From: Gammaproteobacteria bacterium
GTDB taxonomy: Bacteria > Pseudomonadota > Gammaproteobacteria > Eutrophobiales > Eutrophobiaceae
Assembly: GCA_965243205.1 (NCBI GenBank)
Contig: CBDEUK010000002.1
Coordinates: 1,568,001 to 1,632,000, forward strand
Length of the DNA: 64,000 bases
Direction: 5' to 3'
How positions within the stretch are numbered: position 1 is the first letter of the stretch; each line of letters begins with the position of its first letter. The notes beneath the pieces are model-generated. The model was not told where the DNA came from and searched no databases. It worked only from the letters and a program-made list of their open reading frames with translations. Below, in pieces: positions 42,812 through 52,393 of the stretch. The position numbers and the translations under genes were made by a program.

Positions 42812-43368
42812 TGTATTATCTCAGGAGTTTCATGTTCACTATTGATCAAACTGAATTCATCATAGATGTATAACACACCCACTCGCACATATTCCGATAA
42901 TTCAGTGAATGAGACTTCGGATTCTTCATCGTCTTGATCATCATCTGCCGATAAACGGCATATCTTATAAAAATCACCAATAATATCGTGGCATTGCGCC
43001 GATAATGCCTGCCAATTAGTTTGTCCTACAACGCCTAAACCACTTAAAAAGCCCTGACACCATTCGGCTAACGAAGCACTGCGTTCGACGAGCGAATATC
43101 TATCCTCAGGAATCAGTAAATTAAAGCCAAAATCCTGATCGGATAACTGTTCACGAATATCTTCAGCAAGTGCAGCAAACGCTGCCAGGCATTCTTGAAT
43201 AGATTCTTGGGAATTATCAGTTTCAGCAAGGAAATACTCCATCACCATATCTTCGGTAATTTTATCAGCAACACAAAGGTAGCCTGAAAGAAACCCATGT
43301 GCTTCGGAAGTTGGCATCGGTATACCAAACCGATCCAACATATCTTCAAGATCATCAAAACCAATCAT
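42808..43368 (-). CDS. ygfB: UPF0149 (YgfB/YecA) family protein
   Basis: SEAHGFLSG, WCQGFLSGLG, EYVRVG, upstream of pepP. Confidence 0.9.
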   Translation of the reverse strand: MIGFDDLEDMLDRFGIPMPTSEAHGFLSGYLCVADKITEDMVMEYFLAETDNSQESIQECLAAFAALAEDIREQLSDQDFGFNLLIPEDRYSLVERSASLAEWCQGFLSGLGVVGQTNWQALSAQCHDIIGDFYKICRLSADDDQDDEESEVSFTELSEYVRVGVLYIYDEFSLINSEHETPEIIH

Positions 43369-43477
43369 AATTATCGTTTTATTAAGAAAAATGCTCCAAA
43401 AAAGTAAGTTTTTAGCTGCTTTTCTGCATTAATTCGTTGATCTATCAACAGATGGTAACTTAAATAGCTATAGCCGC

Positions 43478-43506
43478 TTGACCACTACATAACACAGCTC
43501 TATATT
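43478..43506 (+). promoter_or_regulatory. Sigma70 promoter for the zapB-like/zapA operon
   Basis: TTGACC-N17-TATATT. Confidence 0.55.
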
Positions 43507-43573
43507 GAACAGCTAATCATAAACGAAGCACTGGACTTGTGCATCCACTGAACTGTACATATGGTGATGAAGA

Positions 43574-43798
43574 ATGGCTGAAAACAATAAAGAAACCATG
43601 GAATTGAGCGCTCTTGAGACAAGAGTTGATGAGTTAATCAAAACTGTTGAAGAACTCAAGACTGAAAATTCTGCCTTAAAAAATCAACAAGAATCGTTAG
43701 TTAGCGAACGCGCAATTCTCATTGAAAAAACCGAGCAAGCTAGAACTCGAATTGAATCTATGATTGGTCGACTTAGAGCCATGGAAACTCGCACATGA
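43574..43798 (+). CDS. TIGR02449-family/ZapB-like coiled-coil cell division protein
   Basis: LETRVDELI...L..EN..L...ARTRIESMIGRLRAME, upstream of zapA. Confidence 0.88.
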   Translation: MAENNKETMELSALETRVDELIKTVEELKTENSALKNQQESLVSERAILIEKTEQARTRIESMIGRLRAMETRT

Positions 43799-44109
43799 GT
43801 GACAGCACCTCTCCTGTAAATATCACTATCCTCGATAAAGAATATCTGATTTCTTGTACTGAAGAAGAACGCGAACAACTCCATGAAGCTGTTGGTATTT
43901 TAAATAATAAAATATCACAGGTTAAAGATAGTGGTAATGTCATTGGTAGCGAAAGAATGGCAGTCATGGCGGCTCTGAATATTGCCCATGAATTGATTGC
44001 ATACAAACAAAAAAATCAGGTCTATACTTCTAAATTAGACGACACGATTCGTCGTCTGCAAAACAAAATACATAGTGCCTTAGGAAAAGGCGAACAATTG
44101 GAAATTTAG
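43795..44109 (+). CDS. zapA: Cell division protein ZapA
   Basis: ITILDKEYLISC, ERMAVMAALNIAHEL. Confidence 0.95.
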   Translation: MSDSTSPVNITILDKEYLISCTEEEREQLHEAVGILNNKISQVKDSGNVIGSERMAVMAALNIAHELIAYKQKNQVYTSKLDDTIRRLQNKIHSALGKGEQLEI

Positions 44110-44215
44110 CCAAACAGAAGTATTTAATCTCTGTTAGTCAAAGCACTAACAGCATGACAATAGTTTAATCTTACTGTCACCCGTTTTTAACGGATGCTCA
44201 GTAGACTCTCAGTTT

Positions 44216-44398
44216 GGGTATTTGCTACGGTGCTCGTTAACTGGCCTTAAGTACTTGAGCCGATACGCGATAACCAAGGGAATTTATCACGATGTTGTTG
44301 TGCATGTCCTTAGCTGGAAAGCCTGATACGTCGTCAACTGTTCCCACTTGAACTTCTGGTTCAAGTCGTAAGCCAAGGCGACACCGTGGTGGTACCCC
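44216..44398 (+). ncRNA. ssrS: 6S RNA
   Basis: About 183-nt rod with paired ends GGGTA..GCTACGGTG / CACCGTGGT..TACCC, motifs CTTGAGCCGATA and CACTTGAAC..GGTTCAAG, downstream of zapA, -10 TAGACT at 44202. Confidence 0.9.
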
Positions 44399-44407
44399 CC
44401 TAATTTC

Positions 44408-45928
44408 CTAACTCAGAAATATCTGATAGGCAGAATTATCAGATTCGTCCCAGTATTTAATTCCAAGTCCATCTAAAAACTCTTGAAACTGATCGAGTTC
44501 ATCTTCTAACACTTGTATACCCATTAACACCCGACCATAAGCAGCACCATGATTTCGGTAATGGAATAAACTGATATTCCAACGCTCACCTAATTGCGTT
44601 AAGAAGTGTAATAGTGCTCCTGAACGTTCTGGAAATTCAAATCTATATAGCCTTTCGTTTTCGGCTTGTGGTGCTTGTCCACCCACCATGTAACGCACGT
44701 GCATCTTGGCTACTTGATCATTACTCAGATCAGCTACTTCAAAACCTTTATCTTGTAGTTGATTTAACAATGCATTTTTTTCTTCTACGCCGTTTTTCAA
44801 TTGTACGCCGGCAAATACATGTGCAGTCTGATTATCCGCGTATCGATAATTAAATTCGGTAATTAATCTAGGGCCTAAAGCATGACAAAAAGCTTTAAAA
44901 CTACCGGGTTTTTCTGGAATAGTTGCAGCGAGCAAAGCTTCTTTTTGTTCGCCTAATGCTGAAAGCTCAGCAATGTGTCGTAAGCGATCAAAGTTAACAT
45001 TGGCTCCACTAAAGACTGCAGCCAAACGTTTATTCGTTAAACTCTCACGTGCTACATATTGTTTTAAACCTGCTAATGCTAAAGCACCAGCCGGTTCGGG
45101 AATCGATCTTGTATCTTCAAAAATATCTTTCACTGCTGCACAGATCTCATCAACACTGACCAATATAACTTCGTCGACCAATTCTTTAGCGATTCGAAAC
45201 GGTTCAACTCCAGCTTGTTTTACTGCAGCACCATCTGCAAAAATACCGATTTGAGGTAATACAACCCGTTCATTCGCTGCAATCGCCGCATGCATGCAAG
45301 GAGCTTCATCGGGCTCAACACCTATGATACGAATGTTTGGATTTTGCTGTTTTAAATAAACCGACATACCAGCAATCAAACCACCGCCACCAACAGGAAT
45401 AAATACGATATCTGGATCAGAATTTAGCTGTTGTAATAGTTCTACCGCTACTGTTGCCTGACCGGCGATCACTTTTGGATGATCGTATGGAGGAATATAA
45501 CTTTTACCTTGCTGCTGAGATAGTACACTCGCATGTTCCTTCGCTTCGTCGTAATTATTACCATGTAATACGGTATGGCCGCCTAAACGCTGTACAGACG
45601 AAACTTTTATTTCTGGCGTCGTTTTCGGCATTACAATCGTTGCATCAATGCCCAAACGATTCGCTGATAATGCAACCCCTTGAGCATGATTACCTGCAGA
45701 TGCAGTTACCACGCCTTTTGCACGTTCCTCATCACTTAAAGAGACGATTAAATTGTATGCCCCACGTAATTTATAGGAAAAAACAGGTTGCTGATCTTCA
45801 CGCTTAAGCCAAATATCATTTTTTAAGCGTTCCGATAACACCGGGGCAAAATTTAAGTCGGTTTTTATAGCAACGTCGTAAACTCTCTCCGTTGCCTTGG
45901 CAATTAATTCTTTGTATTCATCAAACAT
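44408..45928 (-). CDS. ilvA: Biosynthetic threonine ammonia-lyase
   Basis: KREDQQPVFSYKLRGA, SAGNHAQG, C-terminal ACT-like domains (FEFPER, LFHYRNHG). Start uncertain (45928-45955). Confidence 0.96.
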   Translation of the reverse strand: MFDEYKELIAKATERVYDVAIKTDLNFAPVLSERLKNDIWLKREDQQPVFSYKLRGAYNLIVSLSDEERAKGVVTASAGNHAQGVALSANRLGIDATIVMPKTTPEIKVSSVQRLGGHTVLHGNNYDEAKEHASVLSQQQGKSYIPPYDHPKVIAGQATVAVELLQQLNSDPDIVFIPVGGGGLIAGMSVYLKQQNPNIRIIGVEPDEAPCMHAAIAANERVVLPQIGIFADGAAVKQAGVEPFRIAKELVDEVILVSVDEICAAVKDIFEDTRSIPEPAGALALAGLKQYVARESLTNKRLAAVFSGANVNFDRLRHIAELSALGEQKEALLAATIPEKPGSFKAFCHALGPRLITEFNYRYADNQTAHVFAGVQLKNGVEEKNALLNQLQDKGFEVADLSNDQVAKMHVRYMVGGQAPQAENERLYRFEFPERSGALLHFLTQLGERWNISLFHYRNHGAAYGRVLMGIQVLEDELDQFQEFLDGLGIKYWDESDNSAYQIFLS

Positions 45929-45978
45929 AGGCATAAGATAACAAGCATTGTCCATTTCGCATAGCTATCATAATCAAT

Positions 45979-46635
45979 ATGAATCAAGACGAACTAAAAA
46001 AAGAAGTTGCTAAAGTGGCTGTCGACTATATTACTGACGATAGCATTGTTGGTGTAGGCACTGGCAGCACAGTGAACTTTTTTATCGAAGAACTCGCAAA
46101 AATCAAGCATCGTATTGAAGGCGCTGTATCCAGCTCTGAAGCAACAGAAACTTTACTCAAAAAACATAACATACCTGTTTACGAATTAAACTCTGTCATG
46201 GAATTACCCATCTATATAGATGGCGCTGACGAAGCGACTGAACACCGTCACTTGATTAAAGGTGGGGGTGGAGCATTGACCCGCGAAAAAATAGTACGCG
46301 CTGTCAGCCGTAAATTTATCTGTATTATGGATGAATCTAAACTAGTTGGAACCTTAGGTGCCTTCCCACTTCCGGTTGAAGTCATTCCGATGGCTCGATC
46401 CTATGTCAGCCGTGAACTCGCAAAACTTGGCGGTCAACCTAAATTACGAGAAGGATTTATTTCTGATAACGGCAATGAAATTGTTGATGTGCATAACTTG
46501 AAAATACTGGATCCTATTGAACTTGAAACAAAAATTAACCAAATCCCTGGGGTTGTGACCAACGGCTTATTTGCACTAAACCCGGCAACAGAACTGGTTA
46601 TTGGGACAAAATCCGGCATAAAAACAATCAATTAG
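45979..46635 (+). CDS. rpiA: Ribose-5-phosphate isomerase A
   Basis: [24 protein letters not shown]. Confidence 0.97.
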   Translation: MNQDELKKEVAKVAVDYITDDSIVGVGTGSTVNFFIEELAKIKHRIEGAVSSSEATETLLKKHNIPVYELNSVMELPIYIDGADEATEHRHLIKGGGGALTREKIVRAVSRKFICIMDESKLVGTLGAFPLPVEVIPMARSYVSRELAKLGGQPKLREGFISDNGNEIVDVHNLKILDPIELETKINQIPGVVTNGLFALNPATELVIGTKSGIKTIN

Positions 46636-46707
46636 TGGTGTTCGTACGTAATTTTGTTTAACATATTATTCTAGAAAACGACAATTTTAAGGTTGAGGAA
46701 ATAATCT

Positions 46708-46845
46708 GTGGCTTTTTATCTAGTTTACTTACTCGCAATCATAGTAATTATTTTGCATTACACCGGTTGGTTAAGACGCCATAACCTTGAATGGATTGTT
46801 TTTGTCATGGCCATCGCTATTTTCCCTGCAATGATATTTTTATAA
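46708..46845 (+). CDS. Small two-TM membrane protein (45 aa), not in ORF track
   Basis: GAGGA SD then GTG. Translates [45 protein letters not shown] and ends 7 nt before dtd. Confidence 0.65.
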   Translation: MAFYLVYLLAIIVIILHYTGWLRRHNLEWIVFVMAIAIFPAMIFL

Positions 46846-46852
46846 CTGTTCA

Positions 46853-47290
46853 ATGATTGGGCTTTTGCAACGCGTGACAGAAGCCTCTGTTACGGTTGAA
46901 AGCCAAGTTATCGGTGAAATCAAAACAGGTATATTAGTACTGGTTGGTGTTGAAAAACACGACACTGAACAACAAGCCGAGCAACTTCTTCACAAACTTC
47001 TTAATTACCGAATTTTCCCTGACCAAGGTGGGAAAATGAATCTCTCCGTTAAAGATATAAAGGGTGGTTTATTACTCGTCTCACAATTCACCCTCGTTGC
47101 CGATACTCAAAAAGGTTTACGGCCTAGCTTTAGCTCAGGCGCAACTCCTGAACATGGAAAAAAGTTATACGATTATTTAGTTTCAAAAGCTCAACAAGAA
47201 CATCATGAAGTTGCGACAGGTGAATTTGCAGCGGATATGAAAGTGAGTTTGTGTAACGATGGACCAGTTACTTTTTATTTAAAAGTGTAG
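46853..47290 (+). CDS. dtd: D-aminoacyl-tRNA deacylase
   Basis: [20 protein letters not shown]. Confidence 0.96.
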   Translation: MIGLLQRVTEASVTVESQVIGEIKTGILVLVGVEKHDTEQQAEQLLHKLLNYRIFPDQGGKMNLSVKDIKGGLLLVSQFTLVADTQKGLRPSFSSGATPEHGKKLYDYLVSKAQQEHHEVATGEFAADMKVSLCNDGPVTFYLKV

Positions 47291-47385
47291 TTCCATACAT
47301 ATAATCACATATGATAATCGGTAATATAGAAATCTTTATCGATAAATCATTCCCGTATAACAGACTATTAGGTAAGAGTAAGACT

Positions 47386-48015
47386 ATGTGGGGTAATGAA
47401 ATACAAAAGCAAGAGTTCGGTAAACTTTGGCCATTGTGGTATGGGGATAGTGATGAACGAAACTATCGAGATGCTATAAAGCCACTTACAAAGCTCAGTG
47501 ACCTAGGTTATGCACCTGCTCAGTTCGTATTGGGCAATGCGTATTTACATGCTGATGGTGTGCGGCGTAACTATGAAAAATCATATAAATATATTACCGC
47601 CTCTGCGGAGCAAGGCTTTCCCGCTGCAGAAGGTACTCTTGGCACCTTTTATTCAATGGTCGAACCTAAACAAAGTGTTTGTCCACATGATGATGCTGAG
47701 GCAGTTAAGTGGTATCAACGTGCGGCTAAGCAAGGTAATGCTCCATCCATGTACAACCTTGCCAACAAATATCATTCGGGATTAGGCGTTGCTGAAGATA
47801 TCTATGAAGCATATGTGTGGGCTAGTCTTGCATCTCAACTTTCAAAGATACGATTTCGTCCCGCCGAAGGGCTCCGAGACCAAACAGCGAACAAACTTAG
47901 TTCGGAACAACTTACCCTTGCTAACCATCAAATTGAGCAGTTAACTGAAACTGTATTAAAACCATGGTCAGATCCTAGAGAATATTGGCAGAGCTTATGG
48001 AAACAAACCTTGTAG
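47386..48015 (+). CDS. Sel1-like repeat protein
   Basis: AQFVLGNAY, SAEQGFPAA, AVKWYQRAAKQGNAPSMYNLA, AYVW. Confidence 0.85.
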   Translation: MWGNEIQKQEFGKLWPLWYGDSDERNYRDAIKPLTKLSDLGYAPAQFVLGNAYLHADGVRRNYEKSYKYITASAEQGFPAAEGTLGTFYSMVEPKQSVCPHDDAEAVKWYQRAAKQGNAPSMYNLANKYHSGLGVAEDIYEAYVWASLASQLSKIRFRPAEGLRDQTANKLSSEQLTLANHQIEQLTETVLKPWSDPREYWQSLWKQTL

Positions 48016-48116
48016 TTAAATGGTTAGCTCTGTAAAACACATAACAAATCACTCCAGCGTTAACTAATACACTCTCGCTGCCACATAAATTTTCTGTGGG
48101 AAAAGAATTTAAAAGA

Positions 48117-48287
48117 TCACATTAAATAAAACGCCAATAAGAAACATAAAACAATAATTAATATCCCTATAAGACCATCATTTTTTTTATTTTGATTTTT
48201 TTTAAATGAATTTTTATAAACCCAAGACAACGATAAAAAAATAATAATAACGGCAATTGTGGCTACGAGTCTTACGTTCTCGTTCAT
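48117..48287 (-). CDS. Small two-TM membrane protein (56 aa), not in ORF track
   Basis: ATG 4 nt after the hemF stop. Translates MNENVRLVATIAVIIIFLSLSWVYKNSFKKNQNKKNDGLIGILIIVLCFLLAFYLM. Confidence 0.55.
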   Translation of the reverse strand: MNENVRLVATIAVIIIFLSLSWVYKNSFKKNQNKKNDGLIGILIIVLCFLLAFYLM

Positions 48288-48291
48288 AACT

Positions 48292-49212
48292 CTAATCTGC
48301 TAAAGAAACCCAGTCTTTGGCTATTAAAAACTCTTCATACAGATTAGATTCTTCTGAACCCGATTCTGGTTGCCAATCGTATTGCCATTTTACTAAAGGT
48401 GGTAATGACATAAGGATCGATTCGGTTCGACCGCCCGATTGCAAACCAAATAATGTTCCTCGATCATAAACCAAATTAAATTCCACATAACGGCCACGAC
48501 GATATAACTGAAATTGACGTTGCTTATCGCTATATGGCATCTCTTTACGTTTTAAGACAATCGGTAAATACGCCAGCATGAAATGATTACCCACACTTTG
48601 CATGAATTTGAATGATGTTTCGAAACCCCATTCATTCAAATCGTCAAAAAAGATTCCGCCAATACCACGAGGTTCATTGCGATGTTTTAAAAAGAAATAA
48701 TCATCGCACCATTGTTTGTATCTCGGATAAACCTCTTCACCAAACTCATCACAGGCTTTTTTTGCCGTTTGATGCCAATAAATAGCATCTTCAGTAAAGC
48801 CATAATAAGGCGTGAGATCAAAACCTCCACCAAACCACCAAATGGGATCTTCTCCTGCTTTTTCGGCAATAAAAAACCGCACATTCATATGCGTGGTAGG
48901 AACATAAGGGTTGAGTGGATGGATCACCAATGAGACACCCATCGCCTGGAAACTACGACCTGCTAGTTCAGGACGATGTGCAGTTGCCGATGCAGGTAAT
49001 GAATCACCGAATACATGTGAAAAATTAATTCCAGCTTGTTCGAATAATTGGCCATTCTTCATGACTCGACTGCGGCCACCACCGCCTTGCTCTCGGTCCC
49101 AATTGTCTTCTATTAATTCTAATTTATCATCTTGCGCCATTAAGGCTGAAGTAATCTGGCTTTGTAGTCCGAGTAAATATTCTCGGACATGATCAATGTC
49201 TTTCTGTTGCAT
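48292..49212 (-). CDS. hemF: Oxygen-dependent coproporphyrinogen III oxidase
   Basis: [40 protein letters not shown]. Confidence 0.97.
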   Translation of the reverse strand: MQQKDIDHVREYLLGLQSQITSALMAQDDKLELIEDNWDREQGGGGRSRVMKNGQLFEQAGINFSHVFGDSLPASATAHRPELAGRSFQAMGVSLVIHPLNPYVPTTHMNVRFFIAEKAGEDPIWWFGGGFDLTPYYGFTEDAIYWHQTAKKACDEFGEEVYPRYKQWCDDYFFLKHRNEPRGIGGIFFDDLNEWGFETSFKFMQSVGNHFMLAYLPIVLKRKEMPYSDKQRQFQLYRRGRYVEFNLVYDRGTLFGLQSGGRTESILMSLPPLVKWQYDWQPESGSEESNLYEEFLIAKDWVSLAD

Positions 49213-49275
49213 GTTTGTTGGAATTGCGAAAAATTAAAGGGTATCCTATCGCGAATTATTTTTCAGGTAAAAAAC

Positions 49276-49869
49276 ATGAGTGAGCGCATAGCATCCGTTA
49301 CCCGTAATACGAAAGAGACTCAAATTGAAGTCACTATCAATTTAGACGGTAGCGGCAAAGCCGATTTTAATATCGGTGTTCCATTTCTTGAACACATGTT
49401 GGATCAGATTGCCCGACACGGCGTTTTTGATATCACCATTAAAGCCAATGGTGACTTAGAAATTGATGACCATCACACAGTAGAGGATGTAGGTATTACA
49501 TTAGGCCAAGCTTTCACCAAAGCATTAGGAGATAAAAAAGGTATTTATCGTTATGGTCATGCTTATGTGCCGCTTGATGAATCATTATCGCGCGTGGTTT
49601 TAGATTGTTCTGGTAGACCAGGCTTGGAATACTTTGCGGAATATCCACGAGCTCGCATTGGTGATTTCGATGTGGATCTTATCTTTGAATTCTTTCAAGG
49701 CTTTGTGAATCATGCCTTAGTCTCCTTACACATTGATAATATTCGTGGCAGAAATGCACACCATATTGCTGAAACGATATTTAAAGCCTTTGGACGTGCT
49801 TTAAGAATGTCTGTCGCTCCTGATCCACGTATGCAAGGCGTATTGCCATCGACTAAAGAACATTTATAA
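49276..49869 (+). CDS. hisB: Imidazoleglycerol-phosphate dehydratase (monofunctional)
   Basis: [30 protein letters not shown]. Confidence 0.96.
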   Translation: MSERIASVTRNTKETQIEVTINLDGSGKADFNIGVPFLEHMLDQIARHGVFDITIKANGDLEIDDHHTVEDVGITLGQAFTKALGDKKGIYRYGHAYVPLDESLSRVVLDCSGRPGLEYFAEYPRARIGDFDVDLIFEFFQGFVNHALVSLHIDNIRGRNAHHIAETIFKAFGRALRMSVAPDPRMQGVLPSTKEHL

Positions 49870-49881
49870 ATTATTTGAATA

Positions 49882-50499
49882 ATGAAATCCGTTGTAGTTA
49901 TCGATTACGGGACCAGTAATCTTCACTCTGTTAGTAAAGCCTTAGAACATGTTGCTGAAAACAATTATTCTGTTTCAGTGAGTAGCGATGCTGAAACTAT
50001 ATTAGCAGCGGATAAAATCGTATTCCCAGGCCAGGGTGCGATAGGCCAATGCATGACTCAGCTCTGCGAACAAAAACTCGACGCAACGATTAAACAAGCC
50101 ATATTGAACAAACCATTTCTTGGGATTTGTTTAGGCTTGCAAAGCCTTATGCAGTTTAGTGAAGAAGATGGTGGTACGGATTGTTTATCGATTATCGATG
50201 GAAAAGTTAAACGGTTTATCGAAGACGGTATCAATAAAATTCCACATATGGGTTGGAATCAGGTTGAACAGACACAAGATCATCCTTTATGGTCAGGTAT
50301 AGATAATCTTAGCCGCTTCTATTTTGTGCACAGTTATTATGTTCACTTAGAAGATCAAAGTAACTCTAGTGGTGAATGTTCATATATCAATAACTTTACA
50401 GCAGCGATCGCGAAAGACAATATTTTTGCCTGTCAGTTTCATCCTGAAAAAAGCCAAAATTCTGGACTTAGATTACTAAAAAACTTTTTAGACTGGTAA
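49882..50499 (+). CDS. hisH: IGP synthase glutamine amidotransferase subunit
   Basis: IDYGTSNL, GICLG, PHMGWN, FYFVHSY, QFHPEKS. Confidence 0.96.
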   Translation: MKSVVVIDYGTSNLHSVSKALEHVAENNYSVSVSSDAETILAADKIVFPGQGAIGQCMTQLCEQKLDATIKQAILNKPFLGICLGLQSLMQFSEEDGGTDCLSIIDGKVKRFIEDGINKIPHMGWNQVEQTQDHPLWSGIDNLSRFYFVHSYYVHLEDQSNSSGECSYINNFTAAIAKDNIFACQFHPEKSQNSGLRLLKNFLDW

Positions 50500-50530
50500 A
50501 TCCGTTCCCTACCTTTAAAACCTAAGAAAT

Positions 50531-50555
50531 AAAAAAAGGTGCCAAAGGCACCTTT
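50531..50555 (-). terminator. Intrinsic terminator (HU-like gene, possibly bidirectional)
   Basis: AAAGGTGCC-aaa-GGCACCTTT with an A7 tract on the left. Confidence 0.8.
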
Positions 50556-50582
50556 AAATATAAATCTTATTGCTTGTAATTC

Positions 50583-50927
50583 TTATGCAATAGCGTCTTT
50601 AAGTGCTTTTAATGCAGTTGCACGTACGCTTGTACTTGCTGGCTTCGCTTTAAACATCATTTCTTCACCAGTAAACGGATTAACACCTTTACGCGCTTTA
50701 CGTGCAGGTTTAATAACGCGTTTTAATTTAATACCTAATGAAGGAACAGTGAATTCACCTGAACCACGTTTCATTAAGTGACGCTGTGCAATAGTGCTTA
50801 AACTATCTAGAACAGCAGCAACTTCTTTTTTAGTTAACTCTGTTTCTTCAGCAATAGCAGTAATGATTTGTGCTTTAGTTTGCTTTTTGGCTATAGCACT
50901 AGGTTTCTTTGTTTTTTTAGCAGCCAT
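50583..50927 (-). CDS. HU/IHF-family DNA-binding protein with Lys-rich N-terminus
   Basis: TKAQIITAIAEET, ARKGVNPFTGEE, KAKPA. Confidence 0.92.
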   Translation of the reverse strand: MAAKKTKKPSAIAKKQTKAQIITAIAEETELTKKEVAAVLDSLSTIAQRHLMKRGSGEFTVPSLGIKLKRVIKPARKARKGVNPFTGEEMMFKAKPASTSVRATALKALKDAIA

Positions 50928-51072
50928 TTTATCTCCTCAACTAAATCAGTGTGTAAACTATAGAACGATGCATTTTATGCAATGACAACACAAAGTGGAA
51001 ACATTTATTTACGTTTTTTTGATAAAAACCCTAAAAAAAACCTATAAAATAGATTTCAATAGTAAAAAAGAA

Positions 51073-52356
51073 TTAGTTTTTATGATGATTTAACGCTTTA
51101 TTACCAATATCCTTACGATAAAACATACCTTGCCATTCAATGTTGCCTACTGCTTTATACGCTTTATCTTGAGCTTCTTTAACGGTATTTCCTAAAGCTG
51201 TCACACATAAAACTCTTCCGCCATTGGTGAATACTTGATTATTTTCTAACTTCGTACCCGCATGAAAGACTTTCACTGATTCATCAAGTGCTTTATCTAA
51301 ACCCTGTATTTTTAGGCCTTTTTTAACACCACCAGGATATCCTTCTGCAGCTAACACAACACCTAACGCAACTCTATCATCCCAATTCACTTGTTGTGAT
51401 AATTTCCCTTCACAAGCTGATAAACATAAATTAACTAAATCACTTTGCATACGAAACAAAATAGGTTGTGTTTCTGGATCACCAAAACGACAGTTATATT
51501 CTAAAACCTTTGCTTTTCCTGATTCAGTAATCATTAAACCCGCGTATAAAAAGCCAGTATAGGGCATGCCATCTTTTGCCATCGCTTCTATGGTCGGTGT
51601 AATCACTTCATCCATAACTTTTTGGTGCATAGACTCAGTAACGATTGGAGCAGGAGAATAAGCGCCCATACCTCCTGTGTTAGGACCGGTATCACCTTCA
51701 TCCCGTGCTTTATGATCTTGAGAGCTTGCTAATGGTAAAATATTGTTCCCATCTGACATCACAATAAAACTGGCTTCTTCACCTACCAAGAACTCTTCAA
51801 TCACCACTCGATGACCTGCTTCACCAAATTTATTAGCCGATAACATATCTTCAACCGCAGCATTTGCCTCTTCAATTGATTGGGCTATTACCACGCCCTT
51901 ACCAGCAGCAAGGCCATCAGCTTTTATAACAATTGGTACACCTTGTTGTTGAATATAAGATTTGGCTAGTTCTATGTCGGTAAAGCTTTCATAGCTTGCC
52001 GTTGGAATATTGTGACGTTTAAGAAAATCTTTACAGAAAGTTTTCGAACCTTCTAATTGTGCGGCTAATTTTGTTGGGCCAAAACAAGCAAGATTTTCGT
52101 TATTAAATGCATCGACTATTCCTGCCACTAAAGGTGCTTCAGGACCTATGATGGTTAATTCAATAGATTCTCTTTTTGCAAAAGTAATTAAGCCTTGAAT
52201 ATCTTCTGCTGAGATATCGATATTTATAACTTTACTTTCTGTTGCAGTACCTGCATTACCAGGCGCAACATAAACTAATTCAACTTGCTCAGATTGTGCA
52301 GCCTTCCATGCCATAGCATGTTCACGACCGCCACCGCCGACGATTAGTACTTTCAT
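51073..52356 (-). CDS. purD: Phosphoribosylamine-glycine ligase
   Basis: GGGGREHA, APGNAG, KADGLAAGKGV, GPNTGGMG, RFGDPE. Confidence 0.98.
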   Translation of the reverse strand: MKVLIVGGGGREHAMAWKAAQSEQVELVYVAPGNAGTATESKVINIDISAEDIQGLITFAKRESIELTIIGPEAPLVAGIVDAFNNENLACFGPTKLAAQLEGSKTFCKDFLKRHNIPTASYESFTDIELAKSYIQQQGVPIVIKADGLAAGKGVVIAQSIEEANAAVEDMLSANKFGEAGHRVVIEEFLVGEEASFIVMSDGNNILPLASSQDHKARDEGDTGPNTGGMGAYSPAPIVTESMHQKVMDEVITPTIEAMAKDGMPYTGFLYAGLMITESGKAKVLEYNCRFGDPETQPILFRMQSDLVNLCLSACEGKLSQQVNWDDRVALGVVLAAEGYPGGVKKGLKIQGLDKALDESVKVFHAGTKLENNQVFTNGGRVLCVTALGNTVKEAQDKAYKAVGNIEWQGMFYRKDIGNKALNHHKN

Positions 52357-52393
52357 GAAATAATTTTGTTAGTGTTGATTAGAAATTAATTTA

